Positions 10,079 through 21,682 of a stretch of DNA of 64,000 nucleotides are shown one piece after another; the stretch's first letter is position 1, and the number at the start of each line of letters is the position of its first letter. The notes under the pieces are model-generated. The model searched no databases. It was not told the DNA's origin and saw only the letters and a program-made list of their open reading frames with translations. A program made the translations under genes and the position numbers. Location of the stretch: contig JBOFUV010000074.1 of the NCBI GenBank assembly GCA_051652765.1, forward strand, positions 1-64,000, written 5' to 3'. This DNA comes from Microcoleaceae cyanobacterium. Its GTDB lineage: Bacteria > Cyanobacteriota > Cyanobacteriia > Cyanobacteriales > Microcoleaceae.

Positions 10079-12592
10079 TTAGTCGTTTTGCTGAGGTCGA
10101 GCCTGTTCAAGCTGAAGGTGATGTTCGGCTTGGGCGATCGCCTGATAAGTTTTGTGGACAGCATCAAGGTTCACTGAAATTGAGGTCACACCCCAGCGAA
10201 TCAGGGAGATAATCAGCTCTGGGTAAAGCACTGGCGCATCCCCACAAATTGAGCAGGGAATGTTCAGGATTCTGGCAGTCTCAACCAGTTGCTGTACCGC
10301 TCGAAGGCAGGCTGGATGTGTTTCATTCAAAAGCCTAGGGGCGGAGTGATGATTGCGATCCACGCCAAGCAACAACTGAGTGAGGTCGTTGGTTCCAATA
10401 GCAATGCCCTGAACCCCTGCCTTCACATAATCCGGCAACAAGAACAGCACAGAGGGAACTTCTGCCATGATCCACAACTGGAACTGCGGATTGGAGGGCA
10501 AGCCCGCTTGTTCAACCCGGCGACGGTAAACTGAAAATTCTTCAACAGAGCGGACAAAAGGCAAGATCAGGTGAGTGTTAACATAGCCAAGCCGATGAAG
10601 TTGAGACAACACTGCTAACTCTAGGTCAAACAAGGTAACCAGTTGGGGGGTGGCCGTCAACAGCGAACTCTGGCTGAGAGCCTCAAACTCCAGGGAACTC
10701 TCGCCCCAAAATGGCCGAACCTGTTGATGAAACTGCCGCAAATCCAAGGCTCTATAGAATAAAGGTTTCCCCAGCAAGGGTGATGCAATCTGTTGTAAAC
10801 TCCGAACCATTTTCTGGACAAACTCCAATTGTGCGTTAGGCTGCAACCATCGACTAAAATCACACGTCATCGGAACTAATGTCGTGGGGGCGATCGCCGG
10901 TTCTAAATCAGGTGTGCCATAGAGAACATCTAGCGCTAACAGTTCAGATCGCAGCAATCCCACTCCCTCAATTGGCAACTTTTGGAGTCGTGGAATCGAA
11001 CGGGTTTGACTCAGATTCACCCTCAAGCAAGTGTTAATTGATGGCAGTTTAGCAGGCCAACTCGGCATCTCAAGATTTGAACCCGGAGCGTCAACAGCAT
11101 CAACAACACCATGACTAGAAGTCTGAACCGAGGGAAGTTTTGTTTTTGCCGGAGACCTTGGCTGCAAGTGAACGTATCCCCGCTCCCCATCTACCAGAAT
11201 CTTACTCCCGGATACAATTCGTGTTGTCGCTTGAGCAATCCCCAATACCGCTGGAATTCCCAGTTCACGGGCTAAAATCGCTCCATGCCCCGTCATGCCC
11301 CCCGTTTCCGTCACTAAACCAGCGGCAAATTTTAACAGCGGCAACCAATCCACCGTTAACTCAGGCATCACTAAAATAGAACCAGAGACAAAGGGCTGAC
11401 TCGCATCCGTCTCAGCCCGAACGACATGGGCAGGAGCGATCGCCCGACCGGAAGCGGCGGCCAAGCCCTGAAGCACCCAAGCATTGGGTACGCCAGACGG
11501 ATTAGACAAGGAGTCCGGTTGACTCAAAGGTTCAGGCTGAAGGAAAACTGGGTTCAGGCGCGTGAAATAGAACTGAGCCACAGTCGCAGCAGTTGGATCT
11601 GAAGTTGAATCTGAGATGGGACAGAGAATCCAGTTGATTGTCCACTGTCCTGGAATTGTCACTGCAATCTGGTGGATCAACTGAACCAAGGCTTCAATCT
11701 CTCCAACCCTGAGGACAGGAGATGCGGGTTGAGTCTCCTGAACAACGTCTACCTGAATCATGCCAGGAGGGACAGCAGTGGGCAAGCCGCTAGCCAGCAA
11801 GTTCCTTTGGGAGATTGCTAGTGCTTCATGTCCCAGAATTTCATCTGGCTGCCGCATCCAATACACTAGGGTTTGACCGTCAGATTGATCCGTCTGGAAC
11901 CCTTGAGTTTGAGGATCAACTCGAATCTGGGATGCTTGGTCTACTGACTGCCCAAGCATCCCCCCCAGACCTCGAACAGCCTGGATAGTCCAAGATTTTG
12001 GGTTAACCTGGACAGATCCCGATGCGATCGCATTTTGCAGGGGTTGAACAACAACGACAGGTTGAAGCTGACGAATTTGCAAGCCATACGATCCCCAGTA
12101 AAATAAACTTTTTGCCCGAAAGAGCTCTGCCCAAGTCTGCTTCAAGGCCAAAGCAACGGCTTTAATTTCAGTCAAGCACCAAAAAGTATTAAACCATCCC
12201 TGGGCAGGTAACCCATTAGAAGAGAGATCCAACTCAAAGCCCAGAGCTTCTGCTTCTAGCCCCTGTAATGCTGTGCTAAGGGTCGAGAGCAGGCTTTCAG
12301 ATAGGGACGCTGCCAGGATTTGTCGCCGAATCTGACGGGAGATTGCCTGCAACTGACGAAAATTCTTGATGTCCAGATGCAGCAGAGATTGAGGAAAGTC
12401 TACGAACAGTGGATCTGACAACTGAATCGACTCTAAAAATTCCCAAAAAAGCTTAGCCGTTAAGACACAGCCAGCCAGCACCGGATAATTTCTCTGCCGC
12501 AAAGAACTCAAGTAAAATGCAACGTCCCCCACAGTCTCCTGATCCGAGGGCCGAATTTGATGGAACCAGTAGAAAGTATCCACAAGCGCCAT
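10079..12592 (-). CDS. Divergent PEP synthase (PpsA)-like PEP-utilizing protein
   Basis: Mobile phospho-His domain GGMTGHGAILARELGIPAVLG, plus C-terminal GLLRSE, MAEVPS, IGTNDLTQ and SICG. N-terminal ATP-grasp region is degenerate. Confidence 0.85.
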   Translation of the reverse strand: MALVDTFYWFHQIRPSDQETVGDVAFYLSSLRQRNYPVLAGCVLTAKLFWEFLESIQLSDPLFVDFPQSLLHLDIKNFRQLQAISRQIRRQILAASLSESLLSTLSTALQGLEAEALGFELDLSSNGLPAQGWFNTFWCLTEIKAVALALKQTWAELFRAKSLFYWGSYGLQIRQLQPVVVVQPLQNAIASGSVQVNPKSWTIQAVRGLGGMLGQSVDQASQIRVDPQTQGFQTDQSDGQTLVYWMRQPDEILGHEALAISQRNLLASGLPTAVPPGMIQVDVVQETQPASPVLRVGEIEALVQLIHQIAVTIPGQWTINWILCPISDSTSDPTAATVAQFYFTRLNPVFLQPEPLSQPDSLSNPSGVPNAWVLQGLAAASGRAIAPAHVVRAETDASQPFVSGSILVMPELTVDWLPLLKFAAGLVTETGGMTGHGAILARELGIPAVLGIAQATTRIVSGSKILVDGERGYVHLQPRSPAKTKLPSVQTSSHGVVDAVDAPGSNLEMPSWPAKLPSINTCLRVNLSQTRSIPRLQKLPIEGVGLLRSELLALDVLYGTPDLEPAIAPTTLVPMTCDFSRWLQPNAQLEFVQKMVRSLQQIASPLLGKPLFYRALDLRQFHQQVRPFWGESSLEFEALSQSSLLTATPQLVTLFDLELAVLSQLHRLGYVNTHLILPFVRSVEEFSVYRRRVEQAGLPSNPQFQLWIMAEVPSVLFLLPDYVKAGVQGIAIGTNDLTQLLLGVDRNHHSAPRLLNETHPACLRAVQQLVETARILNIPCSICGDAPVLYPELIISLIRWGVTSISVNLDAVHKTYQAIAQAEHHLQLEQARPQQND

Positions 12593-12767
12593 TCCCTAGT
12601 TCCTGCCGGGTCTACACTCTTAAACCCTACAATGATTTCTGAGATTTAACCAATCCTGAGCCATTTCAGGAAAACTGTGGGGAATTAATCGACCTCCGCC
12701 ACGCATCAGGACTGCTCCTGAACCCCAAAATTTGGGACGGGGCTTTTGGGCATTCGCGCAGGATGTC

Positions 12768-13814
12768 CTAGGGCCGGGTAACGCCCAACCCTGGCAAATC
12801 CCCAGGAATGAGTCGCCCCTGTTGCACTGCCGCCCCCTGGAAGGGATCATCAACCAGATTCAGGTGAGAATCCAAGTCTAGGTAGTCTGCCAGAGGAGAC
12901 AGATGGGCGGCGGCAGTGTTGGCTAAGGCACTATCTGAATAACAGCCCAACATGACTTGCAATCCCACAGCCCTGGCAGTGTGGATCATTCTTAACGCTT
13001 CCCCTAGACCGCCCGACTTCATTAACTTAATGTTGATGCCATGGACGTAGGGGGCAAGGGAAGGAATTTGTTGGCTATTAAAACAACTTTCGTCTACAAA
13101 GATGGGCAAGGGCGATCGCTGATAGAGCTGCAACCACTGATCTTGAGCCATCGTTGCGGGAAGAGGCTGTTCAATATACTTCACCCCTTCAGCCCCTAGC
13201 CATTCGCTCATCATGAAGGCATCTTCCAGGCTCCAACCGCCATTGGCATCGACGTAGAGGGTAGTATTGTTAGGGGCAACCGCCTTAACAGCCCTGAACA
13301 TCGCCTGATCAGCAGCAATGCCAGCCGGACTTCCAAGTTTGATTTTTAAAACCTGAGCGTCGATCCAGTTGAGCCAATCTTGGGTTCGATGAGCAGCGGC
13401 TTCTGGGGTATTAATGCCAATGGTGACTGAGAACGGCACAATGCGATCGCGACTCAAGCCCCAGAGTTTCCACAGGGGCAGCCCCACCTGTTTGCCCAAC
13501 CAGTCATGCAATGCCATATCAATTGCAGCTTTAGCAGCAGAGGGAATTGCCAGATTTTCGAGCACCTGTTCGACGGCTTGACGTTCCCAAGGATTCAACT
13601 CAACGAGGGCTGGAGCCAAGCGTTGCAACGCCATCTGCAACTGTGCTGTGGTTTGGGACTGGGTCTCCACAGAAAAGGGAGACGCTTCCCCCCATCCCTC
13701 AAGGCCATCCTGTTCGATCCGCAGCCAAAGGTTGGTCGATTGGGCCGTTGTACCTCGGCTAATGGTGAGAGGAAATCGTTTATTGACGGTAAAGGTCTGA
13801 ACGTATAGTTTCAT
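12768..13814 (-). CDS. Dipeptide (L-Ala-D/L-Glu) epimerase, enolase superfamily
   Basis: GWGEA, KIKLG, VDANGGW, EQPL, DES, NIKLMKSGG and DLDSHL motifs. Confidence 0.9.
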   Translation of the reverse strand: MKLYVQTFTVNKRFPLTISRGTTAQSTNLWLRIEQDGLEGWGEASPFSVETQSQTTAQLQMALQRLAPALVELNPWERQAVEQVLENLAIPSAAKAAIDMALHDWLGKQVGLPLWKLWGLSRDRIVPFSVTIGINTPEAAAHRTQDWLNWIDAQVLKIKLGSPAGIAADQAMFRAVKAVAPNNTTLYVDANGGWSLEDAFMMSEWLGAEGVKYIEQPLPATMAQDQWLQLYQRSPLPIFVDESCFNSQQIPSLAPYVHGINIKLMKSGGLGEALRMIHTARAVGLQVMLGCYSDSALANTAAAHLSPLADYLDLDSHLNLVDDPFQGAAVQQGRLIPGDLPGLGVTRP

Positions 13815-13824
13815 AGTGATCCGA

Positions 13825-14784
13825 TTAATTCCCCGCTTGACGGGCTTCTACCATCATCTGAACCACCTGAGGCATTTTGTAACGAGCGCTCCATCCCAGT
13901 TTTTCTTTAGCTTTTGCTGGGTTTGCCCGACCGACTGCAATATCTGTGGGTCGCAACAGCTCAGGGTCTGTTGCGACATGATCCTGCCAGTTCAGTCCAA
14001 CACAATCAAACGCAGCAATGACAAAATCCTGCAGCGCATAGGTTTCCCCCGTAGCAATTACATAGTCATCGGGGGTTTCATGTTGCAACATCAGATACAT
14101 GGCTTCGGTATATTCGGGGGCCCAGCCCCAATCTCGCTTGACAGAGATGTCTCCCAAATACAATTTTTCTTGACTTCCAGCGGCAATCCGACAGGCTGAT
14201 CCGACGATTTTTTGGGTGACAAACCGCTCGGGTCTGAGGGGGGATTCGTGGTTGAATAAAATTCCAGAACAGGCGAACAACCCATAGGCTTCCCGGTAGT
14301 TGGCCACCACCCAAAAAGCAGTTGCTTTTGCTACAGCGTAGGGACTCCGGGGTCGAAACGGGGTATCTTCATCCGCTGCGAGATCACCGGTGTTCCCGAA
14401 ACATTCACTGGAGCCAGCGTTATAGAGTTTGATTCCCTTACCCAAAAACCGAATCGCTTCTAAGAGGTTGAGAGTCCCCGTTGCAATACTTTCCAGAGTC
14501 TCAACAGGCTGCTCAAACGATAACCCTACCGAACTTTGAGCGGCTAAATTATAAACTTCATCCGGTTGGAATTTGGTGAGTACCTGCAAAACACTGCGAA
14601 AGTCCGTCAAAATCACGGATTCAAGCTTGACTTGATCCCGGATACCCAGTCTCAATAAGTTTCGGAATGAAGACATTTGAGCATCCCGCGAGGTTCCACA
14701 GACTAAATATCCTTTTCGCAGTAGCAAAGAGGCCAAGTAGGCACCGTCTTGGCCTGAAATTCCACAAATGAGTGCTTTTTTCAT
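13825..14784 (-). CDS. gmd: GDP-mannose 4,6-dehydratase
   Basis: ALICGISGQDGAYLA, YNLAAQSSV, SPYAVAK, LFNHESPLR and RDWGWA. Start set at MKKAL. Confidence 0.92.
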   Translation of the reverse strand: MKKALICGISGQDGAYLASLLLRKGYLVCGTSRDAQMSSFRNLLRLGIRDQVKLESVILTDFRSVLQVLTKFQPDEVYNLAAQSSVGLSFEQPVETLESIATGTLNLLEAIRFLGKGIKLYNAGSSECFGNTGDLAADEDTPFRPRSPYAVAKATAFWVVANYREAYGLFACSGILFNHESPLRPERFVTQKIVGSACRIAAGSQEKLYLGDISVKRDWGWAPEYTEAMYLMLQHETPDDYVIATGETYALQDFVIAAFDCVGLNWQDHVATDPELLRPTDIAVGRANPAKAKEKLGWSARYKMPQVVQMMVEARQAGN

Positions 14785-14928
14785 TCGAGCTAGATCTGAA
14801 TCCTTTCTCAAGATTCTGGCACATCCACGCTGACTGCTCTCAACTCTTAAGCAAACTTACGGGGCTTGGCAAGGATTGGAGCGATGGACGGCCTTAACCT
14901 TTGAATCCTATCTCTCAATAGAGTTGCA

Positions 14929-16275
14929 TTAGGAAACACTAACAGACGCTGACAGATCAATTAACCAGCGCACCGTTTGGGGGAAAATAATCACAATCAT
15001 CAACACAATAAACTGCAGAACCATAAAAGGAATAGCACTTTTATGAATATCTAGTGTGCTGATTTCCTTAGGGGCAACGCTCTGGAGATAAAACAGGGAA
15101 AATCCTACCGGAGGTGAAATAAAGGCCGTTTGTAGATTAATCGCCATAATCACCCCAAACCAAACCATATCAATGCCTAAAGCTTGAGCGGCGGGAACAA
15201 ATAAGGGCATTGCAATAAAGCAAATCTCAATGAATTCCAAGAAAACGCCCAGCAGAAAAATCGCGACATTACTAACGATTAAAAAGCTGACGTAGCCTCC
15301 GGGTAAATTCGTCAGCAGACTGGTAATTAAGGTTTTTCCACCCAATGCATCAAACACCAAGCCAAACAGGGAAGAGCAAAATAAAATCATCAACACCAGA
15401 GCCGTAATCACAGCCGTAACATGGGCTGAGTCCCGCAGCAGTTGGGGGGTCAGTCGCTGGTTCAACGCCGCCAAAAAACAGGCTCCAACCGCCCCCACCG
15501 ATCCAGCTTCCGTTGGCGTTGCTATCCCAAAGAAAATACTTCCTAAAACGGCAAAGATTAATAACAGCGGCGGTAAAACGGCTTTAACGACTCGGTTGAT
15601 CAGTGCCCACCCTTTGGGAATTTCAATATCCGCAGGCAACGCCGGAACCTTATCAGGTTCAAAAAAAGCTAGGGCCAAAACATACAACATGTAAGACCCA
15701 GACAGCATTAACCCTGGAATTAAAGCGCCCAAAAATAAATCCCCCACCGAAACCCCAATTTGGTCACTGAGAATCACCAGCACCAAACTGGGAGGGATCA
15801 GTTGCGCCAAAGTTCCAGCAGCGACAATCACCCCAGCCGCCAACTGTTTGTCATACCCGTAGCGCAGCATCATCGGCAAAGACAGCATTCCCATAACAAT
15901 CACCGTTGCTGCGACTACCCCCGTCGTTGCGGCCAACAGAGTTCCTACGATAATCACCGCTAGAGCCACCCCCCCCCGTAGCCGCCCCAGCAGAATGCCA
16001 ATCGTTTCTAGCAATTCCTCTGCGAGTCCTGACTTTTCTAACACTGCCCCCAGAAACACAAAATAGGGAACGGCGAGCAGTGTAAAATTTGACATCGTGC
16101 CAAACCAAAGGTTCGGCAGTAGCAACAATCGGTTCAGATCAAAAGCTCCAACCCCTAAGCCGATCAATCCAAAAATAATTGCTGTCCCTGCAAAGGAGAA
16201 AGCGACAGGATAGCCACTCATCAAGATCAAAAAAAAGCCAACAAACATTAAAATGGCTAACCATTCAAACCCCAT
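14929..16275 (-). CDS. dctM: TRAP transporter large permease (DctM)
   Basis: Highly hydrophobic, with [19 protein letters not shown] and [11 protein letters not shown]. Confidence 0.93.
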   Translation of the reverse strand: MGFEWLAILMFVGFFLILMSGYPVAFSFAGTAIIFGLIGLGVGAFDLNRLLLLPNLWFGTMSNFTLLAVPYFVFLGAVLEKSGLAEELLETIGILLGRLRGGVALAVIIVGTLLAATTGVVAATVIVMGMLSLPMMLRYGYDKQLAAGVIVAAGTLAQLIPPSLVLVILSDQIGVSVGDLFLGALIPGLMLSGSYMLYVLALAFFEPDKVPALPADIEIPKGWALINRVVKAVLPPLLLIFAVLGSIFFGIATPTEAGSVGAVGACFLAALNQRLTPQLLRDSAHVTAVITALVLMILFCSSLFGLVFDALGGKTLITSLLTNLPGGYVSFLIVSNVAIFLLGVFLEFIEICFIAMPLFVPAAQALGIDMVWFGVIMAINLQTAFISPPVGFSLFYLQSVAPKEISTLDIHKSAIPFMVLQFIVLMIVIIFPQTVRWLIDLSASVSVS

Positions 16276-16284
16276 GTTTTTTCC

Positions 16285-16908
16285 CTACTCAGCGTTGATA
16301 TGTTCTGAAGTTTCTAAACGGATTTGATCCGTAATATTTGGATAATTTTGCAACACAGCCCAGTATTTAATCGCCTGTGAGATCCCCTGGATTAACAGTA
16401 GAAATAAACTAATCGGCAGCATGGTTTTAATCGGAGCACGGGGTAACCCGTTCGCATCTGCCGAAACTTCCCAAGTTCCCCATGTACCATCGGACAATCG
16501 TCCCCAAGATTGTAAAACCGGATTAAACGTCACCCAAATTCCCAATAAACAAAAGGGAATTAGAAATAAAATAGTTCCCCAAAAATCAACCTGAGCTTGC
16601 TGCTTCTCACTGAAACGAGAGTACAGGAAATCAACCCTGACATTGTCCCCATGTCTCAGAATGTAGGGAAATCCAAGGAGAAAAAAGAGCGAGAATAAAT
16701 ACCACTGAAGTTCAATAAAAACATTTGAAGATAATGTTATTCCAACAAACCGCCCAATGTAGCGAGCCACAACATTGTAAAAACCAACTCCCAAAGTTAA
16801 TAGCACCAACCAGTTCGCGAGCCCTCCCAATTGATCCGTAAAGTTATCAATCCCTTGAGAAAGTTTTAGCAACCTTCGTAATCGAGGAAATTGTCTGGAG
16901 TCATGCAT
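16285..16908 (-). CDS. dctQ: TRAP transporter small permease (DctQ)
   Basis: ELQWYLF and NVRVDFLY motifs, four TM segments, directly upstream of dctM. Confidence 0.92.
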   Translation of the reverse strand: MHDSRQFPRLRRLLKLSQGIDNFTDQLGGLANWLVLLTLGVGFYNVVARYIGRFVGITLSSNVFIELQWYLFSLFFLLGFPYILRHGDNVRVDFLYSRFSEKQQAQVDFWGTILFLIPFCLLGIWVTFNPVLQSWGRLSDGTWGTWEVSADANGLPRAPIKTMLPISLFLLLIQGISQAIKYWAVLQNYPNITDQIRLETSEHINAE

Positions 16909-17074
16909 TTTTTTATAAGCTGTATTTTATACGCTTCAGATTAACGGGATAAACGTTGTAAACCTTTACAAGATCGAGAATTGATACTCTATTCTACCGA
17001 AATTGTTCTGGTGTCATGATATTGTGAGAAAGTTTATTACAGAGTCAGTATTTTAGTTTATTAATATTTGGGTT

Positions 17075-18235
17075 ATGAAGCGTCGATCAGTTGTTCAAAG
17101 ATTGTCCCAAGGAGCAATAGCAGCGACCGGAGTCGCTGTCGTCGGCGGCTGTCAAGCGGCTCAAAATGCTTCTAATCAGAATACTTCCGCGAATAATCAA
17201 ACCAGTAGCCCAACTGATCCGACAAACTTACCTGATATTGAATGGCAAATGGCGACGAGTTGGCCTCCATCCCTCGACACCATCTTTGGAGGCGCTCAGG
17301 TGATGGCAGATCGAGTGGCTGCTCTCACCGGAGGCAAGTTTAAGATTGTTCCTCGGGCTGCTGGGGAAATTGCTCCGGGACTGGAAGTTCTGAATGTGGT
17401 TTCCCAAGGAGCGGTTCCATGCGGTCATTCTGCCGCCTACTACTATATTGGGAAAAGTCCTGCCTTGGCTTTTGGGACGACTGTTCCCTTTGGGTTCACG
17501 GCCCAACAGCAAAATGCTTGGCTTTACGAGGGGGGTGGTTTAGAGGCTCTACAAAAGATCTACGCCAGCAAGTTTAATGTGATTCAATTCCCGGCTGGAA
17601 ATACAGGCACCCAGATGGGAGGATGGTTTCGGCGCGAAGTGAACACAGTGAATGACCTCCAGGGACTCAAAATGCGGATTCCTGGCTTGGGAGGTCAGGT
17701 GATGGCCAAACTGGGTGTTACCGTGCAAACACTACCCGGAGGAGAAATCTTTCAGGCTCTTCAAACTGGGGCAATTGATGCCGCTGAGTGGGTTGGCCCC
17801 TATGACGACGAAAAGCTAGGACTCAACAAAGTCGCGAAGTTTTATTACTATCCGGGCTGGTGGGAGCCCGGAGCAACCTTAGAGATGCAGATCAACCTGA
17901 ATGAATGGAAAAAGCTGCCTACCATTTATCAAGAGGTGATTAAAACAGTGGCCCATGAGTCGAATACTATTATGCTAGCTCGATATGACTCTCGCAATAA
18001 TGAAGCTCTCCAACGCCTCTTGGCCAGTGGAACCCAGGCGCGCCCCTACAGCGGAGACATTCTGGTCGCTGCTGAACAAGCCTCTTTTGCCCTTTACGAT
18101 GAATTTTCGGCCAAAGACCCTGACTTTAAGACCATCTACGAACAGTGGAAGCAGTTCCGGGAACGAATTTATGCCTGGAATAACCTGAATGAGGGCAGTT
18201 TTACCACGTATTCCTATGCCAAATTAAAAAAATAA
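17075..18235 (+). CDS. dctP: TRAP substrate-binding protein (DctP/TakP-type, 2-oxo-acid/monocarboxylate-like)
   Basis: MKRR signal peptide, [30 protein letters not shown] and [10 protein letters not shown]. Divergent from dctQM. Confidence 0.92.
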   Translation: MKRRSVVQRLSQGAIAATGVAVVGGCQAAQNASNQNTSANNQTSSPTDPTNLPDIEWQMATSWPPSLDTIFGGAQVMADRVAALTGGKFKIVPRAAGEIAPGLEVLNVVSQGAVPCGHSAAYYYIGKSPALAFGTTVPFGFTAQQQNAWLYEGGGLEALQKIYASKFNVIQFPAGNTGTQMGGWFRREVNTVNDLQGLKMRIPGLGGQVMAKLGVTVQTLPGGEIFQALQTGAIDAAEWVGPYDDEKLGLNKVAKFYYYPGWWEPGATLEMQINLNEWKKLPTIYQEVIKTVAHESNTIMLARYDSRNNEALQRLLASGTQARPYSGDILVAAEQASFALYDEFSAKDPDFKTIYEQWKQFRERIYAWNNLNEGSFTTYSYAKLKK

Positions 18236-18277
18236 ACCTTTTTAATTTCTGCATTGAATTTTGATTTTTGATTGCAC

Positions 18278-19201
18278 TTACTCTTCTCCGACCAGACTTG
18301 CCAGTAATGCTTTCTGCGCGTGCATTCGATTTTCAGCTTGCTCCCAAATGCGAGATTGTTTTCCTTCCATGACTTCATCCGTGATTTCTTCATCCCGATG
18401 GGCAGGTAAACAATGTAAGACGATGGCGTTCTCAGCCCCTTGCTTCACCAAGGCTTGATTGACTTGAAAGGGCTGAAACATTGGCATTCGGTCGGCTGCT
18501 TCTGATTCTTGCCCCATACTGGCCCAGACATCCGTGTAGAGCACATGACAGTTCTGAACCGCTTCCTGGGGATTATCCGTCACCAATACTTCCGTTTTCC
18601 CCTGAGATAACGTCTTTGCCTGTTCGACGATCTCGGAGTTTGGTTGATAGCTAGATGGAGTAGCAATTCTGATGTTCATCCCCACCATGGCACACCCGAG
18701 CAATAGAGAGTGGGCCATGTTGTTTGCGCCATCACCAAAATATGCCAGGGTTAGCCCCTGAAGCTGCCCAAAACATTCCTGCGCCGTCATCAAGTCTGCC
18801 AAGACTTGGCAAGGATGTTCCCGATCAGTGAGGGCGTTAATCACTGGGATTTCAGCATAGTTGGCAAAGGTTTCCAAATCTTTTTGCTCAAAGGTTCGGA
18901 TGGCCATGATATCTAGATAGCGGTCAAGCACCCTGGCTGTATCTCTGAGGGGTTCTCCCCGACTCACTTGAGTCACATTGGGGTTGAGATCAATCACCTG
19001 CCCGCCCAATTGATACATCGCCACTGTAAAACTGACTCGGGTTCGAGTTGAAGCCTTGGAAAACATCAGTCCCAAAACTTTATTGCGTTGGAGTTTGACT
19101 TTTCCAGACTTTAAATCAACGGCCAAATCAAGCAGAAAGTGCAATTCTTCCACACTAAAGTCCGCCAAGCTTAACAAGTCTCGTCCTTTAAGCGATTGCA
19201 T
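18278..19201 (-). CDS. argF: Ornithine carbamoyltransferase
   Basis: STRTRVSF, HPCQVLAD, YTDVWASMGQE, HCLPAHR and AENRMHAQKA. Confidence 0.97.
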   Translation of the reverse strand: MQSLKGRDLLSLADFSVEELHFLLDLAVDLKSGKVKLQRNKVLGLMFSKASTRTRVSFTVAMYQLGGQVIDLNPNVTQVSRGEPLRDTARVLDRYLDIMAIRTFEQKDLETFANYAEIPVINALTDREHPCQVLADLMTAQECFGQLQGLTLAYFGDGANNMAHSLLLGCAMVGMNIRIATPSSYQPNSEIVEQAKTLSQGKTEVLVTDNPQEAVQNCHVLYTDVWASMGQESEAADRMPMFQPFQVNQALVKQGAENAIVLHCLPAHRDEEITDEVMEGKQSRIWEQAENRMHAQKALLASLVGEE

Positions 19202-19250
19202 CCTAGATCCCCTTTTTATCGGCTTTTACTGGCTTTTATCGGCTGGTTTT

Positions 19251-20297
19251 CTAGTCTCTGGATAATTGCGATAACTGGGCGATCGCCCGCTCAATTAACT
19301 CCCATCCTTCCTCAACGGATTCAATTTGAGCCAGTTGATTACGAAGCTGATTCGCTCCAGAGAAGCCCCTAGCATACCATGTCATGTGTTTACGAGATTG
19401 ATACAGACCTCGCTTGCCCTTGTAGACAAAAAGTGCTTGTAGATGGTCTTGAGCGCATTGCAGTCGCTCAATCACCGTTGGAGTTGGTTTGAGTTGCCCT
19501 GTTTTTAAAAAACTATCAATTTCACCCACTAAAAATGGATAGCCTAGGGTTCCTCGGGAACACATCACCCCGTCGGCTCCAGTTTCTGCCAAACATTTTA
19601 CAGCCGCTTCAACAGAGTCAATATCTCCATTCGCGATCACTGGGATTGTCAGCACGTCCTTAGTCTGTTTGATCCATTCCCATCTCGCCCGACCATTGTA
19701 GCCCTGGGCTCGAGTACGAGCATGAATCGTGATCATCTGGGCTCCCGCAGCTTCCATGCGCTGAGCAAAATTGAGAATATTGATATCTTGATCATCCCAT
19801 CCAATTCGGGTTTTAACCGTGACTGGCACATCAACAGCCTCAACCACAGACTGTACAATATGCTCGGCAACCTGGGGTTGTCTGAGCAACGAGGAACCCC
19901 CGCCATTTTTAGTAATTTTGTTAACAGGGCAGCCCATGTTGAGATCGATTGTATCGGCCCCTTCCTGAACTGCCCTCTGAGCTGCTGCGGCCAAGAAATC
20001 AGGACGACAATCAAACAATTGAACACTGATAGGACGTTCATTCGGATCGACTTCCATGATTTGGGGCAATTCCCCAAGCTGGTTAATCTGACTGGCATGA
20101 ACCATTTCTGTGTACATCATCGACTCTGGAGCGTAGCGCCGCACCAAGTGCCGAAACACTAGGTCGGTCACCCCAGAAAGCGGAGACTGCAGCACTCGAC
20201 TCTGCACTTCAACCCGACCGATATTCAGAGGGGTGGAGAGCTTCTGTTGCAGTTCAGGGGAGAGAGCAACCATGGTTACTAGGGATGAGTCCCGCAA
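19251..20297 (-). CDS. dusB: tRNA-dihydrouridine synthase B
   Basis: IDLNMGCPV, VTVKTRIGWD, IHARTRAQGY and IANGDI. True start may be a few codons downstream. Confidence 0.93.
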   Translation of the reverse strand: MRDSSLVTMVALSPELQQKLSTPLNIGRVEVQSRVLQSPLSGVTDLVFRHLVRRYAPESMMYTEMVHASQINQLGELPQIMEVDPNERPISVQLFDCRPDFLAAAAQRAVQEGADTIDLNMGCPVNKITKNGGGSSLLRQPQVAEHIVQSVVEAVDVPVTVKTRIGWDDQDINILNFAQRMEAAGAQMITIHARTRAQGYNGRARWEWIKQTKDVLTIPVIANGDIDSVEAAVKCLAETGADGVMCSRGTLGYPFLVGEIDSFLKTGQLKPTPTVIERLQCAQDHLQALFVYKGKRGLYQSRKHMTWYARGFSGANQLRNQLAQIESVEEGWELIERAIAQLSQLSRD

Positions 20298-20325
20298 GGA
20301 AAGGGCTATAAGACACGGGATTTAG

Positions 20326-20883
20326 TCATGACTCCGATTCTGTTGAGGCTGCATCAGGAATGCCCAACCGTTTGCGGAGGGATTCGGCTTTTCGTTGGGC
20401 GATCGCATTACTAGGCTCATATTGAATTGACTGCTCGTAAGCTTCCAGGGCTTGAGCGGTGAGCTTCTTGCGTTCGTAGGCATAACCCAAATTATTGAGG
20501 GCTACCACGTAATCTGGGACTGATTTTAAAGCTTCTTTGTACTGTCGAATGGCAATATCATACTGCTCACGACCGAAGTAAGCATACCCCAAAGCGTTAT
20601 AAATCATGGCAGAGTTCTGAGGAGCTTCGTTAGACTCCATTACTTTCAGCGCTTTTTGTAGGGTTGTAACCGCCTGGGAATAGAGATTTTTATCATTGTA
20701 AATACATCCTAGCTCATAATATTCCTGAGCATTGCCCTGCTCTCGACTGAGCTTGCTTTCAAGTTGAGAGAGGGAACCTTCGACCCGGCGAGTCTTAAAA
20801 ATTTGGCGCACCACAAAAAAGCCTGCTCCCAGAAGCAAACCCAGTAGCAGCAATACGTAAACAACTCCTAAGTTGCTTTCCAT
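20326..20883 (-). CDS. ycf37: Membrane-anchored TPR protein Ycf37/Pyg7 (PSI assembly)
   Basis: N-terminal TM helix followed by three TPRs. Lies in the conserved position downstream of rpmI-rplT. Confidence 0.8.
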   Translation of the reverse strand: MESNLGVVYVLLLLGLLLGAGFFVVRQIFKTRRVEGSLSQLESKLSREQGNAQEYYELGCIYNDKNLYSQAVTTLQKALKVMESNEAPQNSAMIYNALGYAYFGREQYDIAIRQYKEALKSVPDYVVALNNLGYAYERKKLTAQALEAYEQSIQYEPSNAIAQRKAESLRKRLGIPDAASTESES

Positions 20884-21042
20884 CAGTTTCAACCCAATTC
20901 ATTGTATTAGAAGCAGAATATCAGGAAGCAGGGGATCAAAAATTGGAAATAATTAAGGGGGCTTAACTCATTGCTCACTGTTTGTCGCTCACTGTTATTG
21001 CTAACGGTTCATTCTGACAATGAGCTAAGCAGGACTCCCCTT

Positions 21043-21399
21043 CTACTTCCGAGCTTGGGCTGCAACTTCAACAACTTTTTGAAAGGCTGCTGGGTCAAGA
21101 ATAGCAATCTGAGAGAGCATCTTACGGTTAATTAAGACGTTGGCTCTCTTGAGATTGCCAATCAGTTGGCTATAGTTCATGCCATGGGGACGAACAGCGG
21201 CGTTGATCCGAGCAATCCATAGACCCCGGAAATCGCGCTTGCGCTTGCGGCGATCGCGATAAGAGTTTTTCAGGGCCTGCATCACCCGCTGATTAGCGGT
21301 GCGGAACTTCTTAGACTGTGCCCCCCGAAATCCTTTGGCAAGCTTAAGAATTTTTTTGCGGCGTTTGCGAGCAACATTACCGCGCTTAACTCTGGTCAT
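21043..21399 (-). CDS. rplT: 50S ribosomal protein L20
   Basis: [26 protein letters not shown]...LWIARINAA. Confidence 0.98.
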   Translation of the reverse strand: MTRVKRGNVARKRRKKILKLAKGFRGAQSKKFRTANQRVMQALKNSYRDRRKRKRDFRGLWIARINAAVRPHGMNYSQLIGNLKRANVLINRKMLSQIAILDPAAFQKVVEVAAQARK

Positions 21400-21484
21400 C
21401 GTTAGTTATCCTTGCAAGTGCAATAAGCTACTGTAAATCAATCTTGAAAAAATCTTGTGAATGAGCCATTCACACAACCTACCC

Positions 21485-21682
21485 TTACAGGTAAGGCATC
21501 ATCAGCCGAACGTTTTCGTCGTTGGTTTCGTGAACAGCCTGCATTTTGGACAGGCGGCTCTTGCGTGAAGAACTTTTATGCTGCAACAGATGATTCTTAA
21601 ACGCTTTTCGCCGAACGAGCTTGCCGCTGCCTGTAACCTTAAAACGACGAGCGGCTGACTTCCGAGTTTTGAGTTTTGGCAT
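21485..21682 (-). CDS. rpmI: 50S ribosomal protein L35
   Basis: [21 protein letters not shown] from the ATG at 21682. Confidence 0.98.
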   Translation of the reverse strand: MPKLKTRKSAARRFKVTGSGKLVRRKAFKNHLLQHKSSSRKSRLSKMQAVHETNDENVRLMMPYL

